Source: a virus
Reading direction: 5' to 3' (one strand)
Length of the DNA stretch: 64,000 nucleotides
IMG/VR virus record: IMGVR_UViG_3300045988_167796
Coordinates: 4,032 to 68,031 of that record
Part shown: one piece after another, positions 9,635 to 19,250 of the stretch
Layout: every line of letters starts with the position of its first letter
How positions within the stretch are numbered: position 1 is the stretch's first letter
Translations under genes and position numbers: made by a program
Notes under the pieces: generated by a model
The model's input: the letters and a program-made list of their open reading frames with translations, nothing else
What the model was told of the DNA's origin: nothing
Database searches by the model: none

Positions 9635-10012
9635 ATGACAAGAAGAGAAGCATACGAAAAACATAAGGCGTTGTGGAATGAAATTGCAAAGATGATTGAT
9701 AAAGGGATTAAATATAATAATCCAGAGACATACAAATCTGAAGCGTTAGAAAGATTAGGGTACTACGATTATACTTTTAATAACTGTTATGCATGCGAAG
9801 TTACAAAATGTTGTAGCGATTGTTTAGTTGTTTGGAAATTTGCTACTTGCATGTATCAAGGATCAGAATATATGAATTTTATTTATGAAGTGGAACATAA
9901 TAATTATGATTCTGCAAAAGAATATGCAAGGAAAATCGCAAATCTTCCACTTAGAGAAGGATTTGATATAGACAAAGATATTTATGAAGATGATTATGAG
10001 GTGATTATATGA
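9635..10012 (+). CDS. Cys-rich protein, paralogue family member 3
   Basis: MTRREAYEKHKALWNEIAKMI...CYACEV..CCSDC..VW...IANLPLREG. ATGA overlap with the RT start. Confidence 0.5.
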   Translation: MTRREAYEKHKALWNEIAKMIDKGIKYNNPETYKSEALERLGYYDYTFNNCYACEVTKCCSDCLVVWKFATCMYQGSEYMNFIYEVEHNNYDSAKEYARKIANLPLREGFDIDKDIYEDDYEVII

Positions 10013-11274
10013 AAGATATTTTGCTGCAAAAATTTTTTGAATCAGAAAGATGGGAAAAGGCAATTGAAACTGGTGTCGGAAAAGGGATTGATAAAGGTGA
10101 GCTTCGGCAATTATGTTCTCCGGAAATAAGAGCTGCAATGTATAACTGTATCATTTCTGATAATTATGAAATCGCTCCGCCTCATCAGGCTAAAATTCCA
10201 AAAGACAATGGTGACTTCCGTATTGTATATGTAAATGAAAATGTAGATAGAGTGTTCTTATCTATTGTAAATGATATGTTGTTTGAAATGTTCCCGGAAA
10301 TGGTACATAAAAGATGCAAATCCTATCAGTCCGGTATTGGATGTGGGAAAATTGTACAGGAAGTATCAAGGACGATTTGCAATACAAATGGTGATGTGAT
10401 TGGATGGAAGTCAGATCTTAGCAAGTACTTTGATTCAGTTCCAATCCAGTTTATTGATAGAGTATTTGATACAATAGAAAGCAAAGTCGGCAAATCGAAA
10501 ATAATTGATGTAGTACGTAAATATTATCATACAGATTTATGTTTTGATGTAGATGGAAATTTAATTGAACATTATCAGTCATTAAAACAGGGATGTGCAG
10601 TTGCTAGTTTTCTGGCAGATGCTGTACTTTATGATATTGATGATATGCTTAGTAAATTAGATGGATATTATGTAAGATATTCTGATGACTGTCTATTCGT
10701 TGGTAACGATTATGAAGATGCTATGATAATTATGCAGTATATGCTTGCTGATATGGAGATGACTCTTAATCCAAAGAAAGTTGAGTATCTGCATGCTGAT
10801 AAATGGTTCAAATTTCTTGGATTTAACATTAAAGGATCTATGATATCACTTTCGAAACAACGCGTGAAATCTTTTCAAAAAGAAATCTGTAATAGAAGTA
10901 TAAATAAAAAGGATATTACACAACAAAAAGCGTTGAATAGTATTAATAGATATTTGTATATTGGAGATGGAAGATTTTCATGGGCAACATCAGTTCTTCC
11001 TATTATTAATGTACAGAAAGATATTGATACATTAAATGATTATGTAATGGATTGTATAAGAGCATGTAATACCGGAGGAAAAAGAATCGGAGGACTTGGA
11101 AGTGTAAATGATAGAAATGATTTTACGATTATAAGAGGAACTGGAAGAAATGTAAAAGCGAATAAAAAGAAAACAGAAAAGAAAATTGATGGGTATTATA
11201 GTATCCGATGTATGCAGAAAGTAATTCTTACAAACAGAGCTGCTTATGACACTATTGTGAGAAGCTTGGCTTAA
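10009..11274 (+). CDS. reverse transcriptase (retron / group II / Abi-like, not DGR-type)
   Basis: All RT motifs present: IPKDNGDFRIVYV (motifs 1-2), SDLSKYFDSVP (A), LKQGCAVASFLADAVL (B'), YVRYSDDCLFVG (C), LNPKKVEY (D), FLGFNI (E). Confidence 0.75.
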   Translation: MKDILLQKFFESERWEKAIETGVGKGIDKGELRQLCSPEIRAAMYNCIISDNYEIAPPHQAKIPKDNGDFRIVYVNENVDRVFLSIVNDMLFEMFPEMVHKRCKSYQSGIGCGKIVQEVSRTICNTNGDVIGWKSDLSKYFDSVPIQFIDRVFDTIESKVGKSKIIDVVRKYYHTDLCFDVDGNLIEHYQSLKQGCAVASFLADAVLYDIDDMLSKLDGYYVRYSDDCLFVGNDYEDAMIIMQYMLADMEMTLNPKKVEYLHADKWFKFLGFNIKGSMISLSKQRVKSFQKEICNRSINKKDITQQKALNSINRYLYIGDGRFSWATSVLPIINVQKDIDTLNDYVMDCIRACNTGGKRIGGLGSVNDRNDFTIIRGTGRNVKANKKKTEKKIDGYYSIRCMQKVILTNRAAYDTIVRSLA

Positions 11275-11292
11275 TAACTGATAAATTAAAAA

Positions 11293-12066
11293 AATGATGC
11301 AAACACATGCATAATATACAAGATCAATTCAATTCAATGATGCTGCTATTACTCCTGGAACAGAATCTAGGAGGATCAGTATCCTGATCCTCCTATATCC
11401 TTTATCCAGGATAATTGCAGCTTAATATGAAACTGTTAAAGAGATGTGTCAAATTGATTGAGTATATTTTTTTTGTACGTATTTAAATCACAATGCAGTG
11501 ACAGGTTTACAATGTAGTTATATTTAATACGGCGGATAATAGCAGGAATATCATCCTGCATATTCCGCCATATATGAAACAAATAAAGGTATGCATTAAT
11601 ACTAATGAGTAAACCAAAACGTATTACAACGTAGACATACAAGGTAATTCAATTCACAATGCGGGTAATATGGAAAGCTGCTCTTCAGGTATCCCTGAAG
11701 AAGCTGCCTCCAATTACCTGCGCATAAGATGAAGCAGATAAAAAGATGTAACGAAATTATTGAGTATGTCAAAAAATGTAGTGCAACATAAGTATACAAG
11801 GTTAGTTAATTCAATCTTGCAGGTAATAAAGATTCATGGTGCCTCCATCTATCTTCGGAGGCACCATGAATCTTATTACCCGTATAATATGAAACTTATA
11901 AAGAAATGCACCATACTAAATGAGTATACTAAAAACACACAGCGCAGTGTTGGTTGACAAGGTATTCAATATTCAATATAGATCCATCAATTCATCTCTG
12001 ATTCAGGACCCGCCGGTTTATCTACCGGCTGATCCTGAATCCATTGATGACCAATGGATCTATTAT
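11293..12066 (+). repeat. array of five ~150-bp degenerate tandem units (A 11293-11477, B 11478-11612, C 11613-11791, D 11792-11957, E 11958-12066)
   Basis: Each unit has a conserved leader (acaaggtaattcaat-like), a unique long hairpin, and a conserved segment ATATGAAAC.TATAAAGAGATG...ATTGAGTAT. All five hairpin loops contain TATC. Hairpins: A 11370-11393 (10-bp perfect stem), B 11531-11569, C about 11660-11725, D 11819-11882 (12-bp perfect core 11835-11868), E 11980-12060. Confidence 0.7.
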
Positions 12067-12624
12067 ATGAAACATATAAAGAGATGCGTCGAGAATGCAG
12101 AGTCAATTAAGAATACAATGAAAGGGGTTATTATTTTGAGTGTTATGACAATATATGAAGAATTATTAGATCTTGTACAATGTGGGAAAAGATTTAAGAT
12201 TGATTTTAAAAAGAGAAATATGCGTGTTGGAAACGAATGGCTTATAAAGGACGGAGAATGGGATCTTGAAAGAGAGTTGATTAAGTCTGAATATAATAAT
12301 CCGGTGGATAGCCTTGTAAATGATTGGTGTCTAGCTAAAATAAGTCTATTATATATGGATTATAAATATTCTACTCCAAGTGAAAAAAGCGAATTAAGAA
12401 GACAAAAGAATTATTTCTATGCTTTACCTTCTGAAAAAATGTCAGATAAAGAATTGATAACTGGGAAGGATAGAGAATATGCAAGAGCTGCATTAGAAGG
12501 ATTTATATTATGTGTTATTTTAGCAGGATGGTTAACGTGGGATGAACATAAAATGGGAAAATGGTTCTATCGGGGAAAAGATAAGGATCTAATTATTCTT
12601 AGAGAATGGATTGAAGAAAAATAA
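12067..12624 (+). CDS. hypothetical protein (MKHIKRCVENAESIKN...); its 5' end is unit E of the upstream array
   Basis: ORF continues from the conserved ATG of unit E. Units A-D carry truncated copies of the same N-terminus. Alternative starts at TTG 12136 or ATG 12143 after SD aaagggg. Confidence 0.45.
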   Translation: MKHIKRCVENAESIKNTMKGVIILSVMTIYEELLDLVQCGKRFKIDFKKRNMRVGNEWLIKDGEWDLERELIKSEYNNPVDSLVNDWCLAKISLLYMDYKYSTPSEKSELRRQKNYFYALPSEKMSDKELITGKDREYARAALEGFILCVILAGWLTWDEHKMGKWFYRGKDKDLIILREWIEEK

Positions 12625-12668
12625 AATATAGCATTGATATTAAAAATATAGAAAAGGAGAATGAGATT

Positions 12669-13619
12669 ATGATGAAAAACAGAACAAAGAGAGAAGAAAC
12701 TATGAAAAATGCAGGTATTAATACAGGTAAATATTTTAGTATTCAGTTACCTGAAGGATTAAAGCCAGGATCTACAGTCAGTATTATTATTAATGAAAAT
12801 GGAGAAGCAGTTTTATCTAATGATAATTCTGTACATAAACACGACTTTGATGATATTGAAAATCAGATTTTTGCAAATGGATATGTAAAGAATACAAAGC
12901 TGCATAGACGTTGGGTCATGGCCCAGATGTTTCGGATGTTAAATTATGAAAGGAATCAGTTTGATAAAGGATATGATGCATGTTTAAGAAATTGCTATCC
13001 TTATCAGTATCAGTTTAAAATGATGCTTGAAGAAGTTAGAGTATTGTCGAAATTAGAATGTTCTGATAAACAGGCATATGAAGAAAGATCACATTTCTTT
13101 GATCAATATGTTATTATTAAAACATGCAATGATTATTTAGAAAAATTAAGAAGATATATTGCTGGATTAAAAATTAGACACTGCAAAGGAATTGAATATG
13201 TAAGAATTTCTGGAAAAGATATTTTTATCAGTGATTTGAACAACAAAGTATATATGCCTTTAGAAAATATGATTCGTAATATTAAATATTCCATTAATTA
13301 TAATGCATTATATTGTAATCTTCGAAGATTTATTAATAAAATGATCAAACTACCTGACAATACTCCAAAATGCAAAGAATGGATTGATGCGTATAAAGGC
13401 GCAGGTAGTTATTATACGTTGATGAATATGGTTAAATTCCATAATTGTTTTATCATCAATCAGTATACCGGAGAAGTATTGCGTGGATGTGATTCTGTAA
13501 AATACTTAGAGGATATGCTTTACTTATACCATGATCAGTATTGGAGAATGTTTGCTTTATTGAAACAGACTATTAAAGATAATAATTTTGATTTTTATAA
13601 AAGAATGAGTGAAATTTAA
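12669..13619 (+). CDS. hypothetical protein
   Basis: 316-aa ORF with SD aaaaggagaatga. Confidence 0.45.
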   Translation: MMKNRTKREETMKNAGINTGKYFSIQLPEGLKPGSTVSIIINENGEAVLSNDNSVHKHDFDDIENQIFANGYVKNTKLHRRWVMAQMFRMLNYERNQFDKGYDACLRNCYPYQYQFKMMLEEVRVLSKLECSDKQAYEERSHFFDQYVIIKTCNDYLEKLRRYIAGLKIRHCKGIEYVRISGKDIFISDLNNKVYMPLENMIRNIKYSINYNALYCNLRRFINKMIKLPDNTPKCKEWIDAYKGAGSYYTLMNMVKFHNCFIINQYTGEVLRGCDSVKYLEDMLYLYHDQYWRMFALLKQTIKDNNFDFYKRMSEI

Positions 13620-13763
13620 ACTTCATCCCTATTTAATGGGACAAATTATTCACTTATAATACAAAATGCGAAAATATGTTCGATTTATTATTGCATTATA
13701 TTCTAGAATATGATATAACATAAAACAGAACAAACGTTTGGATTTTGCTTGCTGGAGGTTTTT

Positions 13764-14066
13764 ATGAAAGAGATCATGGTTGCTGTAGTTAATAGTAGTA
13801 AATCAAAAGTTGAATTATTCAAATTTATTAATGAGGAGGAAGCAAAAAATTATATAAAACAAAGATATACAAGTGAGATTCGTAATGCCCCTATTTACGA
13901 TTATGAGCATACATTTATTGATAAGAGTTTTCGGAACGCAAAAGTTTCTGCAGGTGTATATAGTGTCAATATTATAATGTGTAAAAATGTTAAATCGTAT
14001 AACAATAAAATAAAACGAAAAAATAATTGCTATAGGAAGAGAAAGACAGGAAGAAATGTAATGTAA
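13764..14066 (+). CDS. hypothetical basic protein
   Basis: SD ggaggt, then ATG at 13764. Confidence 0.35.
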   Translation: MKEIMVAVVNSSKSKVELFKFINEEEAKNYIKQRYTSEIRNAPIYDYEHTFIDKSFRNAKVSAGVYSVNIIMCKNVKSYNNKIKRKNNCYRKRKTGRNVM

Positions 14067-14077
14067 GATATGAAACG

Positions 14078-14110
14078 AAGGCTGTTGCATATAAAATGTG
14101 GCAGCCTTTT
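14078..14110 (+). terminator. rho-independent-type terminator hairpin (aaggctg...cagccttttg)
   Basis: 7-bp GC-containing stem followed by a TTTTG run. Confidence 0.45.
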
Positions 14111-14171
14111 GTAGTTATTGTATATGAAGGGCTTTATAAGCTCTTTTTTTTATGGAAAGAATGGTGATTAT

Positions 14172-14837
14172 ATGAAGAAAACAGATGTCGTGACAGTAGA
14201 AGATGCAAAAGAAATAACAGGATTACACTTCACTTTAAAACATACAGGCAAAATGAAAGGAATGCAAAGCTTATCGACGAGCTGTTTGTGTAATAGTTAT
14301 TGTGAAGCTAGATCAAATAATCCGGATATTATATGTAGCCATTGTTATGCGCAGCGGCAGATGAAAATGTATAAAAGTATGGAGAAATGTTTTAAGAAGA
14401 ATACAGAAATACTTACAAGTATGATTATCCAGGAAGATATACTTCCGTTGATTAATGCAGCTTATTTTCGATTTGAATCATTTGGCGACATTAACAATGA
14501 GATTCAGGTTATTAATTATTTTAATTTGTGTAAAAAGAATCCAAATGTACACTTTGCATTATGGACAAAAAATCCATGGATCATTGATCATGTTTTGGAA
14601 AATGGTAGTCATATTAAAAAACCGCGCAATTTGCAGATTATTTTAAGCAGTACATATTTGAATACTCCTGACGATAAAGCGAGGTGGAGATTTGTGGATA
14701 AAATATTTACTGTATACGATAAGAAATATATCAAAGAACATAATGTAGATATTAACTGCGGGGCAAAAAGCTGCTTGAAATGTCATAAGTGCTATATAAA
14801 AGGGAAAGATGTGTATATTAATGAAATATTAAAATAG
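14172..14837 (+). CDS. hypothetical Cys-rich protein (CLCNSYC...CSHCYA)
   Basis: ATG 14172 after SD ggtga. The longer in-frame start at 14118 is possible. Confidence 0.4.
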   Translation: MKKTDVVTVEDAKEITGLHFTLKHTGKMKGMQSLSTSCLCNSYCEARSNNPDIICSHCYAQRQMKMYKSMEKCFKKNTEILTSMIIQEDILPLINAAYFRFESFGDINNEIQVINYFNLCKKNPNVHFALWTKNPWIIDHVLENGSHIKKPRNLQIILSSTYLNTPDDKARWRFVDKIFTVYDKKYIKEHNVDINCGAKSCLKCHKCYIKGKDVYINEILK

Positions 14838-14844
14838 CTAACAA

Positions 14845-14858
14845 ATAATATTAAAAAG
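14845..14858 (+). promoter_or_regulatory. AATAATATTAAAAA motif
   Basis: Upstream of 14890. Confidence 0.4.
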
Positions 14859-14889
14859 TATATTGACAATATAAGAAAGGAGATATAAA

Positions 14890-15468
14890 ATGAAGACAAG
14901 AATAGGTTATAAATTATTACGTGTAATGAAGACCCGTCCTGGCGAGTTGTTCCCATTATATGTTAATGCTGATCAATCTATTCCAATAGGAGTATGGTTA
15001 ACGGCAGAATGTGGTGAGCGTTTAGAAAATGGAAAAGTAAAATCAAGATTAGGAGAACTAAAATTTAGACATGGATGGCATATAAATGATAATGTACCTT
15101 TTGTTTCTCATATCGGAATAAAAGAAAATGGGAAAATTACATATATGAGAAATGATACAGTATGGTGCGAAGTAGAGTATGACGCAGATATTGATTATCA
15201 GCTTGAAGCTGTCCATAATGGATATACGAATGGAAGATTTGATAGTCGTAAGGCTTGTTTAGATTACATTCCAGAAAATGGATTCTATAAATATAAGACT
15301 AGCCCTATGATGAAAGGAGAATGGATAATTTCAGGAAATATGCGTATTCTCAGAGTGTTAAATGATAATGAAGTATATGATATATGCAAAGCACACGGTG
15401 TTATGCCGTTGAAAAGAAAATGTGAATTTGATTATCAGGCATATGGATTTGCTTCTAAAGGAGCGTGA
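14890..15468 (+). CDS. hypothetical protein
   Basis: Preceded by the AATAATATTAAAAA motif and SD aaaggagat. Confidence 0.45.
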   Translation: MKTRIGYKLLRVMKTRPGELFPLYVNADQSIPIGVWLTAECGERLENGKVKSRLGELKFRHGWHINDNVPFVSHIGIKENGKITYMRNDTVWCEVEYDADIDYQLEAVHNGYTNGRFDSRKACLDYIPENGFYKYKTSPMMKGEWIISGNMRILRVLNDNEVYDICKAHGVMPLKRKCEFDYQAYGFASKGA

Positions 15469-15474
15469 TAATAT

Positions 15475-15685
15475 GCGGAGAATTAGAGGCTGTGTGATTT
15501 CAAATTTCATTTGTCCTGTTTGTGGTACTGTTATTCCGTTGCCAAGAAATCATGGAAGATTAAGAGCAAATGGACATATCAAAGATATATTCTGTCCAAA
15601 ATGTAATAGTGTAAAAAAGTTTAAAGAGGTAACTTATAAGAACTGTTACAAAAATATGGATGGAGAATATATTATAAATCAATAA
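15475..15685 (+). CDS. zinc-ribbon protein (CPVCG...CPKC)
   Basis: SD aaaggagcgtga, then ATG at 15475. Confidence 0.4.
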
Positions 15686-15706
15686 CAAATAAGGGAGGAA
15701 TGTTTT

Positions 15707-16009
15707 ATGCTATCACCAGAAGATATTAAAAGATTTGACAAGATGAAAGATGAGGTGCTACATGAAAAGTTAAAATTTCATGAAAATCTAGGATGGATGA
15801 TTATCGTTGGATTATTTTGTCTCGTTATAAAAGATGGATGGTTTGGTATCGTTTGTCTTATTATTTATGGGATTTATGGATTAAGCGAGGAAATCAAAGT
15901 AGAAGAATACTATAATACTGTAGTAAAAGCACGTAGGGAACAGTTTAAAAAAGATCATATTTTAAGAAATAAGGATGGTTCACCATATGACTGGAAGAGT
16001 AGAAAATGA
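15707..16009 (+). CDS. small membrane protein
   Basis: SD aagggagga. Hydrophobic core MIIVGLFCLVIKDGWFGIVCLIIYGIYG. Confidence 0.45.
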   Translation: MLSPEDIKRFDKMKDEVLHEKLKFHENLGWMIIVGLFCLVIKDGWFGIVCLIIYGIYGLSEEIKVEEYYNTVVKARREQFKKDHILRNKDGSPYDWKSRK

Positions 16010-16952
16010 AATTAAAATAAATAATAATATTCAAGTGCTATTAGAGGATCTTCCTGAATATGTTAGTGATTATTATTATAACATACAGGTATCTAATACG
16101 CCGAATACATGCAGACAATATATTAGAGATATTAAAAATTTCCTAATATATATAGACATGGATATTGCGTCAGTAAATGATGCTGTTTTAGGAAAATATT
16201 TACAGAGCATTAAATATGCTGGAGGGAAAAAACGATCAGAAGAATATGTAAAAAAAATATATTCATGTTTAAATCAATTTTTGCAATACTTAAATAATAA
16301 AAATATAATTGACGATAACCCAATGAAACTTATCAAACGTCCGAGTAAAAAAGACCATGTAGAAAGATATTATTTGGATATGAAAGATCTTTCAAAAATA
16401 TTAGAATCGGTTATTCATGATTATGGTTCTCAATGGCAGAGCAGAGATTATGCGATATTATTTATACTGATGGTTACCGGAATGAGAAGGACGGCATTAA
16501 GCGAAATAAACATTGAAGATATCGATTTTAAAGCAAAGGAGATTAAAGTTGTTGATAAAAGAGATAAACTTCAGATTTATGTTATAACTGATGAAATGAG
16601 GGATGTATTATTAGAGTGGATTGATGAAAGGGATAGAATCTTGAAAAAGATGAACAAAAATTCAGATGCTTTATTTATATCATCAAGGGGTGAAAGAATA
16701 ACTGATAAATTAGTATATCGTGTTACTCAAAAATACTCAGAAAAAGCATTAGGAAGAAAAGTTTCCCCGCATAAGTTAAGAGCTTCTTTTGCTGTATTAT
16801 ATTATGAAAAATCTGGTCATGATATTGAAGCAACAAGAGATGCGATGGGTCATAGTGATATAGCAATAACTGGTAGATATATTACAAAGAATAATAAAGC
16901 AAGATGCGATTCTGCTAATTTTATGTCTTCTGGTTTAACAAAAAAAAACTAA
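15975..16952 (+). CDS. tyrosine recombinase / integrase (XerC/D-like)
   Basis: C-terminal catalytic signature HSDIAITGRYI (H-x-x-R...Y) plus upstream RRTALSEI Arg box. Start may be ATG 15987. Confidence 0.65.
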   Translation: MVHHMTGRVENEIKINNNIQVLLEDLPEYVSDYYYNIQVSNTPNTCRQYIRDIKNFLIYIDMDIASVNDAVLGKYLQSIKYAGGKKRSEEYVKKIYSCLNQFLQYLNNKNIIDDNPMKLIKRPSKKDHVERYYLDMKDLSKILESVIHDYGSQWQSRDYAILFILMVTGMRRTALSEINIEDIDFKAKEIKVVDKRDKLQIYVITDEMRDVLLEWIDERDRILKKMNKNSDALFISSRGERITDKLVYRVTQKYSEKALGRKVSPHKLRASFAVLYYEKSGHDIEATRDAMGHSDIAITGRYITKNNKARCDSANFMSSGLTKKN

Positions 16953-17006
16953 TAGACAAAATTAAAAATATATGATATCATTTTACAATGAAGGAGGTGT
17001 ATATTT

Positions 17007-18269
17007 TTGTTAAAAGAAAGATCAGAATTAGAACAATTGATTTCAGACAAAAATAGTCGTATACTTTTTGATACAGAAAAATGTCTTAAACTATGTGATT
17101 TGTGTTATGAAAACTTTAAAATTCCAAGAGGTGAAATATCTGATATTATTTCTTCCAGAAAAAGTATTGAAGAAGTAAGTGAATTTGTATTATTTGCTAT
17201 TTTAAATAGCTATGATATTTTAAGAAATTTAAAAAAACCTAAAGTTAATGAATACTTTACTCCTATAGAGATCGAGCACTTTAGCAAGTCAGTATACTGT
17301 ATAGATGATATTAGGTTCCCTTTAGTATTTGATATGTTACAGGTTGCAAATGACCAATGGATCGGCACTATATCTGTAAAAGATATTATTAAATTTAGAA
17401 GGGCACAATTTATTCATTATGATGTTGATACACAAAGGGCAATGCAGCGTATCGTGAGAGGAAATAAAGAGTATTATAAGATAAAAGTAAATAACAGTGC
17501 CGTTGAAAGTATATCTACATTAATGGAAAATAATCAATATATACCTAATACTCTTACTTTTAATATTCCTCCTGATGTTGAGTCTGATTTCTATTATGAC
17601 GAAGAAAAGAAACAATTGATCATCCGAAAATTAAAATATTTCAATATATCTGATGGATATCATAGGTATATAGCTATAGGAAAACTTAGCGAAAAAGATG
17701 AAGATTTTAATTTAACAATGGAATTAAGAATTACTAATTTTTATGATGATAAAGTGCAGAATTTTACGTTCCAGGAAGACCAAAAAACAAAAATGTCTAA
17801 AATTGATTCAGACACATATAACACAAATGACCCGGCGAATACTGTTTCAACAAGACTTAATGAAGATCCAAGATCAAATATAAAAGGATTGATTGGAAGA
17901 AATCAATCAATTATTCCTATGCAGGATCTTTCAAGATGTATTAAGTATTTCTATTTTAATTCAAATGCTTCTTATGTAAAAACACAAAAGAGTATTATAG
18001 AAGTAACAAAAGAATTGATGGAAGATTTTAATATTTTGACAGAAGAAGTACCTCAGTTCCTGGAAAAACGAATGGATTTTAATGTGTTAAGCTGCATATT
18101 GTATATATTCAAATTGTACCAAACCAAAGATAAATCTCATATGGTACAATCAGTACAATACCTTATTGAAAAAAGTAGTAGTATTGATCAAAGAAAATTT
18201 GCATCTAGAAAAATTAGAAAACCTTTAGTTAATGAATTTGATAAAATAATGGAAGGAGTTGAGTTTTGA
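17007..18269 (+). CDS. hypothetical protein with DGQHR-like motif (ISDGYHRYIAIGK), DndB-like?
   Basis: TTG start after SD gaaggaggtg. DGYHR resembles the DGQHR-domain signature. Confidence 0.35.
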   Translation: MLKERSELEQLISDKNSRILFDTEKCLKLCDLCYENFKIPRGEISDIISSRKSIEEVSEFVLFAILNSYDILRNLKKPKVNEYFTPIEIEHFSKSVYCIDDIRFPLVFDMLQVANDQWIGTISVKDIIKFRRAQFIHYDVDTQRAMQRIVRGNKEYYKIKVNNSAVESISTLMENNQYIPNTLTFNIPPDVESDFYYDEEKKQLIIRKLKYFNISDGYHRYIAIGKLSEKDEDFNLTMELRITNFYDDKVQNFTFQEDQKTKMSKIDSDTYNTNDPANTVSTRLNEDPRSNIKGLIGRNQSIIPMQDLSRCIKYFYFNSNASYVKTQKSIIEVTKELMEDFNILTEEVPQFLEKRMDFNVLSCILYIFKLYQTKDKSHMVQSVQYLIEKSSSIDQRKFASRKIRKPLVNEFDKIMEGVEF

Positions 18270-19183
18270 TGTATAATCCTGAAATAAAAAATCGTTATAT
18301 TAATCGCAAGGAAAGCGAAACAATTTTAAATAAACATTTATTAAAAGGTATATTTGAAAAAACAGAAAAATATGAAAACGAACTTAATAAAGACGTTTGT
18401 AATTTTTCTTATTATGATATTTCAGAATTTTATAAGATGATTGGCTCAACTTCTTTAGGATCGTTAAATTCAATGAATTCACAGTTGTCTCAATATACAT
18501 CCTGGTGTATTCATGAAGGATTCGTTGAAGACGGGCAAAACCATTTTTCTGAGTTTTCTTCTAGTATTTTAAAAAATTATTTAAACATTGCTAAAATTAA
18601 TAATACTATTATTACAAGGGAGGAAATAATTTCTTTATGTAATAAGTTATCAAATGCAAGGGACTGCTTTATTATTTTATCTTTGTTTGAATATGGAAAA
18701 TCAAAAAACTTTTCTGATATTTCGTATGCAAGATTTTGTGACATAGAAGGAAATATTTTAAAGTTAAAAAGCGGAAGGAGTGTCATCATATCAGAACAAT
18801 TAAAATCTATTGCAGAAGAGTCATATAATTCAACAAGCTATGTTTCAATAGATGGAAATAGAACATTTAATTTGATTGATGATGGAACTATTATAAAACA
18901 TAGGAATGAAATATCTGAGGCATCTGAATTTGCCGCAGGTAGGAAGATTTATAATTTGATAGTTAAAATTTTTAATATATATGGCTTAAATGATATGTCG
19001 GCAAATAATATTGTTATGTCTGGTATTCTTAATATGATACTAGAGAAGTCTCAGAAATACGGAATCAGTCCTATGCAATACTTAGATTCTGATTATATTT
19101 CAGAGATCGAGAATCAATATGGTGTTAATAGATATACTTTCAAATCAAACTTTGTTATGACATATACCGATTATTTAAAATAA
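18266..19183 (+). CDS. hypothetical protein
   Basis: 305-aa ORF with 4-nt overlap to the upstream gene. Confidence 0.4.
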   Translation: MMYNPEIKNRYINRKESETILNKHLLKGIFEKTEKYENELNKDVCNFSYYDISEFYKMIGSTSLGSLNSMNSQLSQYTSWCIHEGFVEDGQNHFSEFSSSILKNYLNIAKINNTIITREEIISLCNKLSNARDCFIILSLFEYGKSKNFSDISYARFCDIEGNILKLKSGRSVIISEQLKSIAEESYNSTSYVSIDGNRTFNLIDDGTIIKHRNEISEASEFAAGRKIYNLIVKIFNIYGLNDMSANNIVMSGILNMILEKSQKYGISPMQYLDSDYISEIENQYGVNRYTFKSNFVMTYTDYLK

Positions 19184-19208
19184 TCGGTATAATATAAAAT
19201 AAATAATA

Positions 19209-19222
19209 AATAATATTAAAAA
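19209..19222 (+). promoter_or_regulatory. AATAATATTAAAAA motif
   Basis: Upstream of 19251. Confidence 0.4.
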
Positions 19223-19250
19223 TATAGTTTGCAAAAAAAGGGGAACAGTA

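Noticed and set aside
551-9735. Other minus-strand ORFs in the track (e.g. 551-769, 1536-1832, 5445-5837, 7255-7623, 9284-9664, 9544-9735)
   Set aside because: All lie antisense inside well-supported + strand genes, lack ribosome-binding sites and have low-complexity translations.
11293-12066. CRISPR array
   Set aside because: The conserved parts are the flanks and the variable parts are perfect palindromes, the reverse of repeat/spacer logic. Units are ~150 bp and no cas genes are present.
10009-12100. Diversity-generating retroelement (RT plus TR/VR)
   Set aside because: RT motif B' is QG-type rather than the DGR I/LGxxxSQ type. No pair of near-identical ~100-bp repeats differing only at adenines is visible. 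The three neighbouring paralogues are only ~35% identical at protein level, not VR/TR copies.
14863-14890. TTGACA at 14863 as the -35 of a sigma-70 promoter
   Set aside because: The only -10 candidate at correct spacing would place the transcription start after the ATG at 14890.
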